64,000 nt of DNA from positions 4,590,001-4,654,000 of the forward strand of contig NC_086101.1 of NCBI RefSeq assembly GCF_963921235.1, given 5' to 3'. Positions 1 through 12,463 of this stretch are shown one piece after another. The notes below the pieces were generated by a model. The model did no database searches, was not told the origin of the DNA, and saw nothing but the letters and a program-made list of their open reading frames with translations. A program made the position numbers and the translations under genes. Origin of the DNA: Mobula hypostoma (Eukaryota). Positions within the stretch are counted from its first letter, which is position 1; each line of letters starts with the position of its first letter.

Positions 1-223
1 ACTCTCTGAGTGAAGACGTTCCGCCTCGGGTTCCCCTTTAACATCTCACCTTTCATCTTTAATCTATGACCGCTAGTTCCAGTCTCGCCCAACCTCCGTG
101 GAAAGAGCCCGCTTGCATTTACTCTATTTGTACCCCCATAATGTTGTATACCTCCATCAAATCTTCCCTTATTCTCCTAACTTTAGGAAATAGTCCCAAC
201 CTGTTCAGCTTTTCCTATAACTC

Positions 224-573
224 ATAGAAACATAGAAACATAGAAAATAGGTGCAGGAGTAGGCCATTCGGCCCCTCGAGCCTGCACCGCCATTTATTAT
301 GATCATGGCTGATCATCCAACTCAGAACCCAGCCTTCCCTCCATACCCCCTGATCCCTGTAGCCACAAGGGCCATATCTAACTCCCTCTTAAACATAGCC
401 AATGAACTGGCCTCAACAGTTTGCTGTGGCAGAGAATTCCACAGATTCACCACTCTCTGTGTGAAGAAGTTTTTCCTAATCTCGGTCCTAAAAGGCTTCC
501 CCTCTATCCTCAAACTGTGACCCCTCGTTCTGGACCTCCCCAACATCGGGAACAATCTTCCCGCATCTAGCCT
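224..573 (-). mobile_element. Young CR1 LINE 3' end with (TTTCTATG)n tail
   Basis: Near-identical to the reverse complement of ~4487-4833; encodes ...FFTQRVVNLWNSLP...; octamer tail. Confidence 0.9.
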
Positions 574-620
574 CAAGTCCTGGCAACATCCTTGTAAATT
601 TTGTCTGTACTCTTTCAACC

Positions 621-702
621 TTCTCGTAGGTAGGTCTTTCTCGTAGGTAGGTCTTTCTCGTAGGTAGGTCTTTCTCGTAGGTAGGTCTTTCTCATAGGTA
701 GG
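621..702. repeat. 17-bp tandem repeat (TTTCTCGTAGGTAGGTC) x~5
   Basis: Directly visible; amplified from host CR1 sequence next to the LTR insertion. Confidence 0.9.
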
Positions 703-1579
703 TGTCACGTACCCCGTAACGGGTTAAAGAACCAGCAGAAATGGAAAAACACGGGAAGTCTGGTATTGCTGTTAACATAAGCTATTTTATTGGTAACTAC
801 GCAATACAGTAATATAAAATCAGATAAGTCAAACAGGTTAGCAGATTATGCATATATATAAGTGTGGAAATAGAAAACCCAAACTTCTTCAAGCTTAGGG
901 GGTAATTGGATACAGTCTTGTGATGATGGGTAAATGGAGTCAGTTCAGTTGGTGTTATTGAGTTGAGTAATGATGGAGAGAGAGAGGTGTTGTGGTTGTC
1001 CGAGTAAGCCGATACCGTCGATCCTTTGTTGTCCTCCGAAATCCTTAAAAGTCACCGAATGTGACCACAAAAAGGAGTCCGTCTTCTGGGGTGAAGTTAT
1101 CAACCCTGGCGAGGGTTGGACACACTGATAACTTCCCACCGGTCACCCTTTTTCCACACTGCGAGAACCACTTAATCCTCCAAAACCCAATTCTCCCGAT
1201 CGATCCTCCACAAAAACCCACCTTTCTGTGGGCACACGAAGCTCATCCAGTGTCCAAAACCCTGTGTGTCTGTCTAACAACCAGCTGACCTTGTATTTAT
1301 CTCAGTATGCTAACACCAGCCGTCCATCGCATAATACCGCCCTCGGTCGCCATGGCAACCCTGAGCTGCTCGTTACTCACTCTGTAAGAGCTCACAAGCA
1401 GGCGGCGTCCCTGTATAAGTGCAAACATGCTTTAGAGTTCGTATAAACACCACCTCAAGGCAGGCCTCGTCCCCCCGCCCCCACGTAACACCTCAAACAG
1501 TGTCCAAAAGTCAGTCTCATACTCTCAACGTTTTAAAGTGACAGTCCACAGAAAATATGAACCCTCGGGGTACATAACA
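703..1579 (-). mobile_element. Probable solo LTR (877 bp)
   Basis: TG...CA ends with imperfect terminal inverted repeats (TGTCACGTACCCCG / CGGGGTACATAACA); interrupts host CR1; AATAAA on the minus strand near 786-791; no coding capacity. Confidence 0.65.
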
Positions 1580-1759
1580 ATCGGTGACCAAAATTGCACA
1601 TGATGCTCCAAATTAGGCCTGGTCAACGTCTTGTACAACTTCAGCATAACATCCCAATTCCTGTTCTCCATACATGATGGCCAATGTGCCAAAAGCTCTC
1701 TTTACAACCCTATCTCCATGTGACATCACTTTCAAGGGTAAGACTTACTCTAGTTGGTC

Positions 1760-3435
1760 TGGCTCCAGGGTGACCAGGGATGGGAGCTCAACGTTCAGGG
1801 ATATTCAATATTCAGGAGGGATAGACATGAAGGAAGGGGAGGTGGGGTGGCGTTGCTGGTTAAAGAAGAGATTAACGCAATAGAAAGGAGGACATAAGCC
1901 GGGAAGATGTGGAATCGATATGGGTAGAGCTGCGTAACACCAAGGGGCAGAAGACGCTGGTGGGAGTTCTGTACAGGCCACCTAACAGTAGTAGTGAGGT
2001 CGGAGATGGTATTAAACAGGAAATTAGAAATGTGTGCAATAAAGGAACAGCAGTTATAATGGGTGACTTCAATCTACATGTAGACTGGGTGAACCAAATT
2101 GGTAAAGGTGCTGAGGAAGAGGATTTCTTGGAATGTATGCGGGATGGTTTTTTGAACCAACATGTCGAGGAACCAACGAGAGAGCAGGCTATTCTGGACT
2201 GGGTTTTGAGCAATGAGGAAGGGTTAATTAGCGATCTTGTCGTGAGAGGCCCCTTGGGTAAGAGTGACCATAATATGGTGGAATTCTTCATTAAGATGGA
2301 GAGTGACATAGTTAATTCAGAAACAAAGGTTCTGAACTTAAAGAGGGGTAACTTTGAAGGTATGAGACGTGAATTAGCTAAGATAGACTGGCAAATGACA
2401 CTTAAAGGATTGACAATGGATATGCAATGGCAAGCATTTAAAGGTTGCATGGATGAACTACAACAATTGTTCATCCCAGTTTGGCAAAAGAATAAATCAA
2501 GGAAGGTAGTGCACCCGTGGCTGACAAGAGAAATTAGGGATAGTATCAATTCCAAAGAAGAAGCATACAAATTAGCCAGAGAAAGTGGCTCACCTGAGGA
2601 CTGGGAGAAATTCAGAGTTCAGCAGAGGAGGACAAAGGGCTTAATTAGGAAGGGGAAAAAAGATTATGATAGAAAACTGGCAGGGAACATAAAAACGGAC
2701 TGTAAAAGCTTTTATAGATATGTAAAAAGGAAAAGACTGGTAAAGACAAATGTAGGTCCCCTGCAGACAGAAACAGGTGAATTGATTATGGGGAGCAAGG
2801 ACATGGCAGACCGGTTCTGTCTTCACTAAGGAGGACATAAATAATCTTCCAGAAATAGTAAGGGACAGAGGGTCCAGTGGGATGGAGGAACTGAGCGAAA
2901 TACAAGTTAGTAGGGAAGTGGTGTTAGGTAAATTGAAGGGATTGAAGGCAGATAAATCCCCAGGGCCAGATGGTCTGCATCCTAGAATGCTTAAAGAAGT
3001 AGCCCAAGAAATAGTGGACGCATTAATGATAATTTTTCAAAACTCGTTAGATTCTGGACTAGTTCCTGAGGATTGGAGGGTGGCTAATGTAACCCCACTT
3101 TTTAAAAAAGGAGGGAGAGAGAAACCGGGGAATTATAGACCGGTTAGCCTAACGTCGGTGGTGGGGAAACTGCTGGAGTCAGTTATCAAGGATGTGATAA
3201 CAGCACATTTGGAAAGCGGTGAAATGATCGGACAAAGTCAGCATGGATTTGTGAAAGGAAAATCATGTCTGACGAATCTCATAGAATTTTTTGAGGATGT
3301 AACTAGTAGAGTGGATAGGGGAGAACCAGTGGATGTGGTATATTTGGATTTTCAAAAGGCTTTTGACAAGGTCCCACACAGGAGATTAGTGTGCAAACTT
3401 AAATCACACTATTTTCTATGTTTCTATGTTTCTAT
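1760..3435 (+). mobile_element. CR1 LINE copy A: 5'-truncated ORF2 (APE endonuclease, N-part of RT), internally deleted and fused to the 3' tail
   Basis: ORFs 1909-2829 (YRPP, GDFN, SDHN) and 2882-3466 (NYRPVSLTS, LDFQKAFDKV); jumps to the (TTTCTATG)n tail at ~3409. Confidence 0.9.
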
Positions 3436-3591
3436 AACAAAGACACCTCATACTTGTCTGCATTAAATTTTTCCAGCTGGTCCAGATCCTACTGCAAGCT
3501 TTGATAGCCTTTCTCTATGACCTCTGCACCCCCAATCTTGCTGTCATCAGTAGGTACATGGATGAAAAAAAAATGAAAGAATATATATATA

Positions 3592-4833
3592 AGGATGTAA
3601 CTAGTAGAGTGGATAGGGGAGATCCAGTGGATGTGGTATATTTGGATTTTCAAAAGGCTTTTGACAAGGTCCCACATAGGAGATTAGTGTGCAAACTTAA
3701 AGCACACGGTATTGGGGGTAAGGTATTGGTGTGGGTGGAGAATTGGTTAGCAGACAGGAAGCAAAGAGTGGGAATAAACGGGACCTTTTCAGAATGGCAG
3801 GCGGTGACTAGTGGGGTACCGCAAGGCTCAGTGCTGGGACCCCAGTTGTTTACAATATATATTAATGACTTGGATGAGGGAATTAAATGCAGCATCTCCA
3901 AGTTTGCGGATGACACGAAGCTGGGTGGCAGTGTTAGCAGTGAGGAGGATGCTAAGAGGATGCAGGGTGACTTGGATAGGTTGGGTGAGTGGGCAAACTC
4001 ATGGCAGATGCAATTTAATGTGGATAAATGTGAAGTTATCCACTTTGGTGGCAAAAATAGGAAAACAGATTATTATCTGAATGGTGGCCGATTAGGAAAA
4101 GGGGAGGTGCAACGAGACCTGGGTGTCATTATACACCAGTCATTGAAAGTGGGCATGCAGGTACAGCAGGCGGTGAAAAAGGCGAACGGTATGCTGGCAT
4201 TTATAGCGAGAGGATTCGAGTACAGGAGCAGGGAGGTACTACTGCAGTTGTACAAGGCCTTGGTGAGACCACACCTGGAGTATTGTGTGCAGTTTTGGTC
4301 CCCTAATCTGAGGAAAGACATCTTTGCCATAGAGGGAGTACAAAGAAGGTTCACCAGATTGATTCCTGGGATGGCAGGTCTTTCATATGAAGAAAGACTG
4401 GATGAACTGGGCTTGTACTCGTTGGAATTTAGAAGATTGAGGGGGGATCTGATTGAAACGTATAAGATCCTAAAGGGATTGGACAGGCTAGATGCAGGAA
4501 GATTGTTCCCGATGTTGGGGAGGTCTAGAACGAGGGGTCACAGTTTGAGGATAGAGGGGAAGCCTTTTAGGACCGAGGTTAGGAAAAACTTCTTCACACA
4601 GAGAGTGGTGAATCTGTGGAATTCTCTGCCACAGCAAACTGTTGAGGCCAGTTCATTAGCTATGTTTAAAAGGAAGTTAGATATGGCCCTTGTGGCTACA
4701 GGGGTCAGGGGGTATGGAGGGAAGGCTGGGTTCTGAGTTGGATGATCAGCCATGATCATAATAAATGGCGGTGCAGGCTCGAAGGGCCGAATGGCCTACT
4801 CCTGCACCTATTTTCTATGTTTCTATGTTTCTA
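3592..4833 (+). mobile_element. CR1 LINE copy B: RT C-terminal half and 3' UTR/tail
   Basis: GVPQGSVLGP, KFADDTK, RPHLEYC, FFTQRVVNLWNSLP; octamer tail; inserted in the 3' UTR of an older CR1. Confidence 0.95.
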
Positions 4834-5389
4834 TATCTTAGTGTAGGAAAAACGGTTGGCACAACATTGTGGGCTGAAGGGCCTGTACTGTTCTATGTTC
4901 CAAGACACAGACACAGAGACAACGAGGAGGCCATTCGTTCTGTTCCGCACATTCTTTGTGTCATCCAGAACCAACAGTCTGCTCCCTTCTCCATCTTTCC
5001 CAGCTGCCCTGGAAATGTTCCCCTGTCACTTGTTGTCAGGAGTCCATGAAGTTGAGGTGTGCTAAATTCAGAATTTGGGGGTTGGCTTCCCGCAGTAGAG
5101 GGTTGGTGACTGGGGTGTGGAGACTTTCAGGTGAACTTGAACAACTTCACCTGTGGAGGCAGTTAAATTGTTCCAAGATGGAACATGTCCTGACGTACCT
5201 GCAGGGCCGTGAGCCATGGACCGGGAATAAGACAGGTTTCTATTTACAACAATTTAGCACACATGATGGGCTGAATGGCCTTCTACACTATAACTTTCCC
5301 AGATTTTATACATTTCCTCTACTACAGAAAATTGAAAACAAGGTATCTGTTCATTGCTTCCAACCGGGTCATTAATGACAGGCAGTCCT

Positions 5390-5800
5390 ACAAGCACCCC
5401 ATCCACTTGTCAGTTCTGTGGCCGGGAGAAGTCAGTGTGTCACATTTGTATGAAGTGTGAGAGGTTGCAGCCCCTATTTGCATATCGGAAAGGGCTGTTC
5501 CTCAAGTTTTGGTTGTACTTCACCCCATGATCTGGGTATATGAGCACCCAGTACAGAGTTGGGGGGCAGGCAGGGGGTGAAACGGGTCTCTGGGGGGGGA
5601 TGCTGTTGGGTCTGGTCAAGATGAGCACTCATGGGTCTAGGCGGTGAGCAGTCGAGGGTTCTGCCCCAGCCAAATGTTTGTCTCTTGTGCCCAAATGTCC
5701 TTGGAGAAGGAATCATGATGGGTACAGTGAAAACAGAGCCTCCACCACACCCCCACCCTCAGGAATTGAATGTTTTGTAGGTGGTAGTAATCATATTTTA
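5390..5800 (+). mobile_element. Decayed Tx1/L1-type LINE ORF2 C-terminal (zinc-knuckle) fragment
   Basis: Translation TCQFCGREKSVCHICMKCERLQPLFAYRKGLFLKFW...LLGLVKM resembles the Tx1-type ORF2 C-terminus; contains stops. Confidence 0.5.
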
Positions 5801-7497
5801 ATTTGAAATGGATCACAGTCTTGTAAATCCTTGATGTTTGTATTTTGTGTGTGAAAAAATTTTTGTAGTTTTATATATTTTTTTAAAATGGCAGTCCTTC
5901 AAAGCCTGGCGGAATTAAATTCCTCTGCTCCTCTCCTCCCCATCTCATCTGTGTAGAGCGTGTCCCAGACCAGGTGGAAAAGTTTCTTCTCAACTCTCAC
6001 TTCCACCCTCCCCAGATTGTAATCTTCATCCTTCAGTTTAAATCTGTGTCCCTGGTCCTGCCAACTCGCCCCACCACTGAGTTCAGCCGACTCAACTGCT
6101 CTGATCTCATTCACCCCACAATCTTCCTTCTCAAAGGGGGATCAGGTGCCAGCATCCCCGGTCTCACCCACCCGGGGTTTGGAGGTTGGAAGCTCAGAGG
6201 CAGCCTGTCCTGGGGCTGGAGACCTGTGTACGTGTTGGCAGTGGAAGGGTGGGAAAAGGCACGGGTACGACCCAGTCCGTCACAGGCAAAGCCCTCGCCC
6301 CCAGTGAACACAGCTACTTGGAGTGTCGTTGCAGGAAAGCAGCCTTCATCATCAGAAACCCCTCACCGCTGAGGCCATGCTCTCCTCTCACTGCTGTCGT
6401 CGGGCTGGGGGTACAGGAGCCCCAGGTCTCACAGCACCAGGTTCAGGAACAGATATTATCCCTCAGCCATCAGGCTTTTGAACCAGAGGGGAGAACTTCA
6501 CTTGCCCCATCACTGAACAGTTCTCACAACCTATTGACTGTCTTTCAAGAACTTGTTCATCCTGTTCTCAATATTCATTGTTTATATATATTTATTATTA
6601 TTATTATTATTATTATATGTCTTTGCACATTGGTTGTTTGTCTGGCCCATTGGGTGCAGACTTTCATTGCTTCAGTTGTGTTTCCTGGATTTACTGTGTC
6701 GTCCCACAAGAAAATGAATCTCGTTGTTGTATATGGTGACAGAACTGAAAATAAATTTACTTTGAACTTTGTCTTGCTGTTGCTTGTTGTCCTGTTGAAC
6801 CTTGTGAACACGCTGTGCTGGTGCTGGAGGATGTGGTGACACTGAAATCATGGAACAGTATAGCACAGGAACAGGCACAATGTTGTGCAGAACATTAGAA
6901 ACCAAAATGGCCAACTAAACTAATCCCCTGACTGCACAATGTCCGTATCCATCCATCTTCCTCACATTCACGTGCCTATCTAAATGTCCCTAAAAAGTCC
7001 ATGATGTATCTGCCTCTGCCAGCACCCGAGGGAGCACACTGCAGGCACCCACCGCTCTGTGGGTAAAAACAACAGCAACTTGCCCCTCACATTACACATG
7101 AACATACCGCCTCTCACCTTCTGGTTTCAGACATGTCAACCCTGGGAAAAAAGATACTGTCTATCTGCATCTCCCCCAAGCTTATAAACCTCTGTCAGAT
7201 TTCCCTTCAGCTCTCCAAAGAAAACAACTCAACTTTGTCTGACCTCTCATAGCACATACCCCCTGAACCAGGCAGCACCCTGATAACACTGCTTCACCCT
7301 CAATATCCTCTCTATAGTGGGGTGACCTGAACCATATGCAGCACCCCAGATGCTTCATAAAGCTGCAATGTAACTTCCTGACTTTTCAACACAACGTCTC
7401 GACTAATAGAGGTTTGCGGGCTGCCCCCATATTCTTCCTGTTTTGGCTGCTGACCCAAATGAAACATTTCACCGTGTGTGGGTGATGAAGAAATCAG

Positions 7498-7743
7498 TCT
7501 GAAATCTGATATCTATCGGGTTCATTCCGATCACAGATCACATCACCGTGATTTCTCCGCTGTCGTTGGGTAAATGAATCTGAAATCTGAAACCTGTCCG
7601 GTGCATTCCAATCACACATCCCGTCACCCCGATTTCTCTGCTGTCATTGGGTAAATGAATCTGGAGTCTGATATTGTCAGGTTCATTCCGATCACACATC
7701 CCATCACCCTGATTTCTCTGCTGTCCTTGTAGGGTAAACTGAA
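7498..7743. repeat. 81-bp tandem triplication containing the 3' splice region of the 96-nt exon
   Basis: Units start at 7498, 7579 and 7660; only the third retains TAG. Confidence 0.85.
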
Positions 7744-7828
7744 GGTGTACCTCAACTCCCTGAAGCAGAAGAGGAGTTACTACCATGAGTTTGAGGTTAA
7801 GCAACAAGAGAAGATCACAGAGATCAAG
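7733..7828 (+). CDS. TRIM gene 1, 96-nt coiled-coil exon (GKLKVYLNSLKQKRSYYHEFEVKQQEKITEIK)
   Basis: ccttgtAG acceptor at 7731-32 and aagGTagag donor at 7829; 96 nt, phase 0-0, the usual size of the first coiled-coil exon in B30.2-type TRIM genes. Confidence 0.85.
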
Positions 7829-7892
7829 GTAGAGTCCTGCCATGCAGACCTTCGGTCTGACCTGCGTTCATGTCGGTCCACGGCCACATCTT

Positions 7893-8481
7893 CTACTGCA
7901 GTTGTACAAGGCCTTGGTGAGACCACACCTGGAGTATTGTGTCCCCTAATCTGAGGAAAGACATTCTTGCCATAGAGGGAGTACAAAGAAGGTTCACCAG
8001 ATTGATTCCTGGGATGGCAGGACTTTCATATGAAGAAAGACTGGATCGACTAGGCTTATACTCTCTGGAATTTAGAAAATTGAGGGGGGATCTTATTGAA
8101 ACATATAAAATTCTGAAGGGATTGGACAGGCTAGATGTAGGAAGATTGTTCCCGATGTTGGGGAAGTCCAGAACGAGGAGTCAGAGTTTGAGGATAAAAG
8201 GGAAGCCTTTTAGGACCAAGATGAGGAAAAACTTCTTCACACAGAGAGTGGTGAATCTGTGGAATTCTCTGCCACAGGAAACAGTTGAGGCCAGTTCATT
8301 GGCTATATTTAAGAGGGAGTTAGATAAGGCCCTTGTGGCTAAAGGGATCAGGGGGTGTGGAGAGAAGGCAGGTACAGGGTTCTGAGTTGGATGATCAACC
8401 ATGATCATACTGAATGGCGGTGCAGGCTCAAAGGGCCGAATGGCCTACTCCTGCACCTATTTTCTATGTTTCTATGTTTCT
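7893..8481 (+). mobile_element. CR1 LINE 3' fragment
   Basis: ORF 7939-8385 matches the ORF2 C-terminus of copy B; octamer tail. Confidence 0.95.
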
Positions 8482-8998
8482 AATGGGTTAGAGAATGCAT
8501 TATATTCTGTGTAGATAGCCTCTAACCTCATGGCACGAATATCGATTTCTCTAACTTCTGGTAGTTTTTCCCCCTTCCCCTGCGGACTTCTTCATTTTCC
8601 CACTCTGGCCTCTTACCTCTTGTCCTTGCCTGCCTACCTCCTTCTCCTTCCCTTTCTCCCATGGTCCACTCTCCTCTCCTATCAGATTCCTTCTTTGTCA
8701 CCCCTTTTCCTTATCACCTCACAGCTCCTCCCCCACCCACCTGGCCTCTCCTATCACCTTTTACCTTGTCCCCCACCCCCCCCACCTTATTCTGACTTCT
8801 TCCCCCTTCGTTTCCAGTTCTGATGAAAAGTCTCGGTCTGAAGATTTGACTGTTGATTAATTTACACAGATGCTGCCTGACCTGCAGAATTCTTCCAGTA
8901 CTTCGTGCGTGGCTCTGGATTTCTAGCATCTGTGGAAGACCGTGCGTTCAGGGCTCGGATCTGGCGCGGGTTACAGACCCTTGTTTCCCTCCCCACAG

Positions 8999-9232
8999 GA
9001 CCTGTCGAGTAAACTGCAGAGCAACATGACGAGAGAGTTTTCCAAAATGCGCAGCGCTCTGGACGAGAAGCAGCAGTTCCTCTTCAACGACCTCGCGGCG
9101 CAGGAGGGTGACATCCTCACCAGGATGGGGGTGAACCTCCGCAAGATCCAGGACAACCTGAGCCGCACGCAGCAGATGCTGATGAACATACAGAGGCGGC
9201 TGGAACACCAGGACGTCTATAGCATGCTGAAG
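8999..9232 (+). CDS. TRIM gene 1, 234-nt coiled-coil exon (DLSSKLQSNMTREFSKMRSALDEKQQ...QDVYSMLK)
   Basis: tttccctccccacAG acceptor and aagGTtagc donor; 78 codons with heptad/coiled-coil character; in frame with flanking exons. Confidence 0.9.
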
Positions 9233-11930
9233 GTTAGCCACTCGCCGTGCTGCGCTGAAACCGGTGGCGCAGACCCCCCGTATGTTAGCAGAGTCATTTG
9301 TGGGCAGCTCCGTACAAATGGACAGTGGGGGGCCGCGACGTGCCAACACTTACATGAAGTACGCAGTGTGGGCAGAATTAACCGGGAATCTGCCTGGGTT
9401 GGAGACAGTGTTTCATGAAGGAAAGATGAGCGAGCTCGGACTTTTCTCTTTGGAGATAAGGAGCATATTAGATGACTTGATTGAGGTATAGATTGGAGAA
9501 TGGGGGGGGAGTGTCATAGTTAATTCTTTACACAGAGAGTGGCGGGTGCTTGGAATGCACTGCCCAGGATATAATGGTAGAGGCAGGTACATTAGGGACA
9601 TTTAAGAGACGCTTAAGATAAATAGGTGGATGATAGAAAAAAATAGAGGGTTGCATAGGTGGGAAGGGTTAGATTAATTTTAGAGTACGTTAAAAGGTTA
9701 GCACAGCATCGTGGGCCGACGGGTCTGTGCAGAGCTGAAGCATTCAGTGACTGAATTAATGGTAGCTTCTTTCTTAGGATGTCCCGTTGTCAAAAATGTT
9801 TGGTCAATAGACAAAGTAATTTTTGGTCCGTACGTTTGCAGAGCTCTGAGCGGACACTGCAAGAAGCGAGAGATCTAGGCTGAAGTTCCGATGGGCAGGG
9901 CCCGGGGTGGGGTGGGGGGATGCCACACCATCGGCAGTTCCCTGTCGAGCGGTTGCTGTTGTAAGACACTTTGCAGCTGCTGCGAGGTGGAGAGCCAGGC
10001 AGTCGGCACTGTGTAGCTTAATGAAAATTACTAACACTGGGAGAGCATTTCCTCTCCTTAAGGCGCTGGCAATATCGTTGACATCCCAGCAGTGCGGTCC
10101 CTCGTTTCTCATGAGTCACTTTGTCAGTGGTGTGACGGCCCCGCAGAAACGCAGGTGGCGCGGCTGCGTAGCAGTTAACGTGGCCCTAGTACAGCTTGGG
10201 GTATCGGGGTTTGGGGTTCGATTCGGGCGTCCACCTCATACACTGCTTGGCCTTCCTCGGGTTAGTCGGTTAATTGGTCATTGTAAATTGTCCTGTGATA
10301 AGGCTAGTACTAAATGGGTGGGTTGCTGGGCAGTGCTGCTCGTTGGGTCACTGTGTCTGCATTCGAAGCGTGCGCTTCCTCGTTTCCCGTAAACCGCCTT
10401 GTAAGGTGTATGACCAGCTCAACAGAAACGCAAGTGTTTGATACAACACCTCTACCTTCCAAGGAGGCCGGAGAGAGCTGAACTTCACACACCTATATTC
10501 GTGTCACCAGAATCATTCCAGGATTGAATAGCCTGTCATATGAAGAACGTTTGATGGCTCTGGGCCTGTAATCACTAGAATTCAGAAGAATGAGGGGTGA
10601 CCTCATTGAAACCTATCGAATGGTGAAAGGCCTTGATAGAGTGGATGTGGAGAAGATGTTTCCTGTGGTTGGGGAGTCCAAGCTCAGAGGACACAGCCTC
10701 CGAATGGAGGGGTGTCCATTCAGAATCGAGATGAGGAGGAATTGCTTTCGCCAGAGAGTGGTGAACCTGTGGAATTCTTTGCCACAGACCTGTGGAGACC
10801 AAGTCTTTATGTATATTTAAGGTAGAGGTTGATAGGTTCTTGACTGGTCAAGGCATGAATGGATATGGGGAGAAGGCAGGAGATGGGGGCTGAGAGGAAA
10901 ATTTGATCGGCCATGATGAAATGGCAGAGCAGACTGGATGGGCCAAATGGCCTAATCCTGCTCCTATATCTTATGCTCCTTCTACAGATGTGCAGTAGAG
11001 AGTATCCTAACAAGCTGCATCACTGCATCGATGGAAACTGCACTGCAGCAGACAAGAGGGCTCTACAATGGGTAGACTCAGTTGCCCAATGCATCACCGG
11101 AACCAGCCTACCCACCATCAAGGACAGGATAAGAGAAAGGGGCCAGTAACAGCATGAAGGATCCCACCCACCCTGCTCATGGACTGGTTGTCCCACTCCC
11201 TTCAGGGAGGAGGTCACGTAGCATCCACACCAGGACCACCAGACTCAAAAACAGTGACTTTCCCCAAGCAGTAAGACTGATCAACACCTCCACCCACTAA
11301 CCCACCCCTCCACACCCCCAACCTCCACTACTTTATCATTTCCCGTCAGTCACCTCATGCACAGACACTCCTGTGCTTAGTGTCCCTGTGTTTAAGCTAA
11401 CTTATTGCGTTTTTTAAAAAAATTATTATCATTGTTTTCCTTATCTTATTGTGTTTCTTGTCCTGTGTAGGATCCAGAATAACAACTATCTTGTTCTCTG
11501 TTACACTTGTGTGCTGGAAATGACATTAAACAAACTTGAATAGAGTGGACGTAGATATGATGTTTCCAATAATGGAGAAATCTAGGACTAGAGGGCACAG
11601 ACTCAGAATAGAGGGTCATCTGGTTAGAACAGAGATGAGGAATTTCTTCAGCCAGACGGTAGTGGATCTGTGGAATTCATTGCCACGGACAGTTTTGGAG
11701 GACAAGTCATAGGGTGTATTTGAAGTGGAGGGTGGTAAGTTCTTGATTAGTCAGAGTGTCAAAGGTTTCGAGGCAAAGGTGGGGGGAGAGGGATAATAAA
11801 TCAGTCATGATAGAGTGGTGGAACAGACCGATGGGCTGAATGGCCTAATTCTTCTCCTATGTCTTCTGGTTTTACATAAGGCTGCGCCTTTCTTCACCGC
11901 CACTAAATGCCAGTTTTATTTTCCCTCCAG

Positions 11931-11953
11931 GAGGCTCCTCTGGATGTCAGAAG
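11931..11953 (+). CDS. TRIM gene 1, 23-nt microexon (EAPLDVR)
   Basis: ttttccctccAG acceptor and aagGTatgg donor; 23 nt, phase 0-2; paralogue 2 has an exon of the same size. Confidence 0.85.
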
Positions 11954-12050
11954 GTATGGCATTTTCTCCGCTGAAACTGGACCGGCAAAAATTAAGTGAC
12001 AGATGGGAGCACTTCATCCGCTAATCTCACCTATCTTGTATTCACACCAG

Positions 12051-12163
12051 TACTGAAGACGGTTACCAGCCAACGATATTGGAAGAAAACCTACCTGTCA
12101 GTTCATTCCAAGGACCTCTGCAATATAGAGTTTGGAAACAAGTTATAGATGTTATTAATCCCG
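12051..12163 (+). CDS. TRIM gene 1, 113-nt linker exon (TEDGYQPTILEENLPVSSFQGPLQYRVWKQVIDVINP)
   Basis: cacaccAG acceptor and cccgGTaag donor; phase 2-1; FxGPLQYxVW motif typical of TRIM69/NF7/A33-like linkers. Confidence 0.9.
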
Positions 12164-12463
12164 GTAAGGAAGTTTTTATATCCATTTGATTAAACACTGC
12201 GGCAAGTCTTCAACACGGATTGTGGTCAGGAACCATTTTATTTATATTTATTTTGTGATTCAGTGCAGAACAGGCCCTTTGGCCGAACAAGCTGCACCAT
12301 CCAGAAACCCACCCTAGCCTAATCAACATTCAAGGTTGTTCAATGTCGTTTCCGGTGCACAAGTATAAACGAGAATGAAATAAATGTTACTCCAGATACT
12401 GTGCAACACCAAAATAAGATAAAGAACACAATAGTAATAAAAAGACTCAATAAATGTAAATGT

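Larger units (their letters stand above)
1..3548 (-). mobile_element. Old, decayed CR1 LINE fragment hosting nested insertions (pieces at 1-223, 574-702, 1580-1759, 3436-3548)
   Basis: Pieces join into a colinear CR1 ORF2 3' region and resemble the less interrupted copy at ~50740-51190. Confidence 0.7.

Noticed and set aside
1872..2570. Long antisense ORFs over CR1 (also 39151-39927, 3650-4054, 37948-38352)
   Set aside because: Shadow frames of ORF2 shared by near-identical copies; no independent evidence of coding.
5390..5480. Cys/His-rich stretch as the missing RING/B-box exon of gene 1
   Set aside because: Spacing and downstream sequence fit a Tx1/L1-type ORF2 C-terminal zinc knuckle with stops, not C3HC4 or a B-box.
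10105..10118. AP-1/IRF composite element (TTTCTCATGAGTCA)
   Set aside because: Spacing is 3 nt rather than the 4 nt of AICE1, and a lone TGAGTCA is expected by chance.
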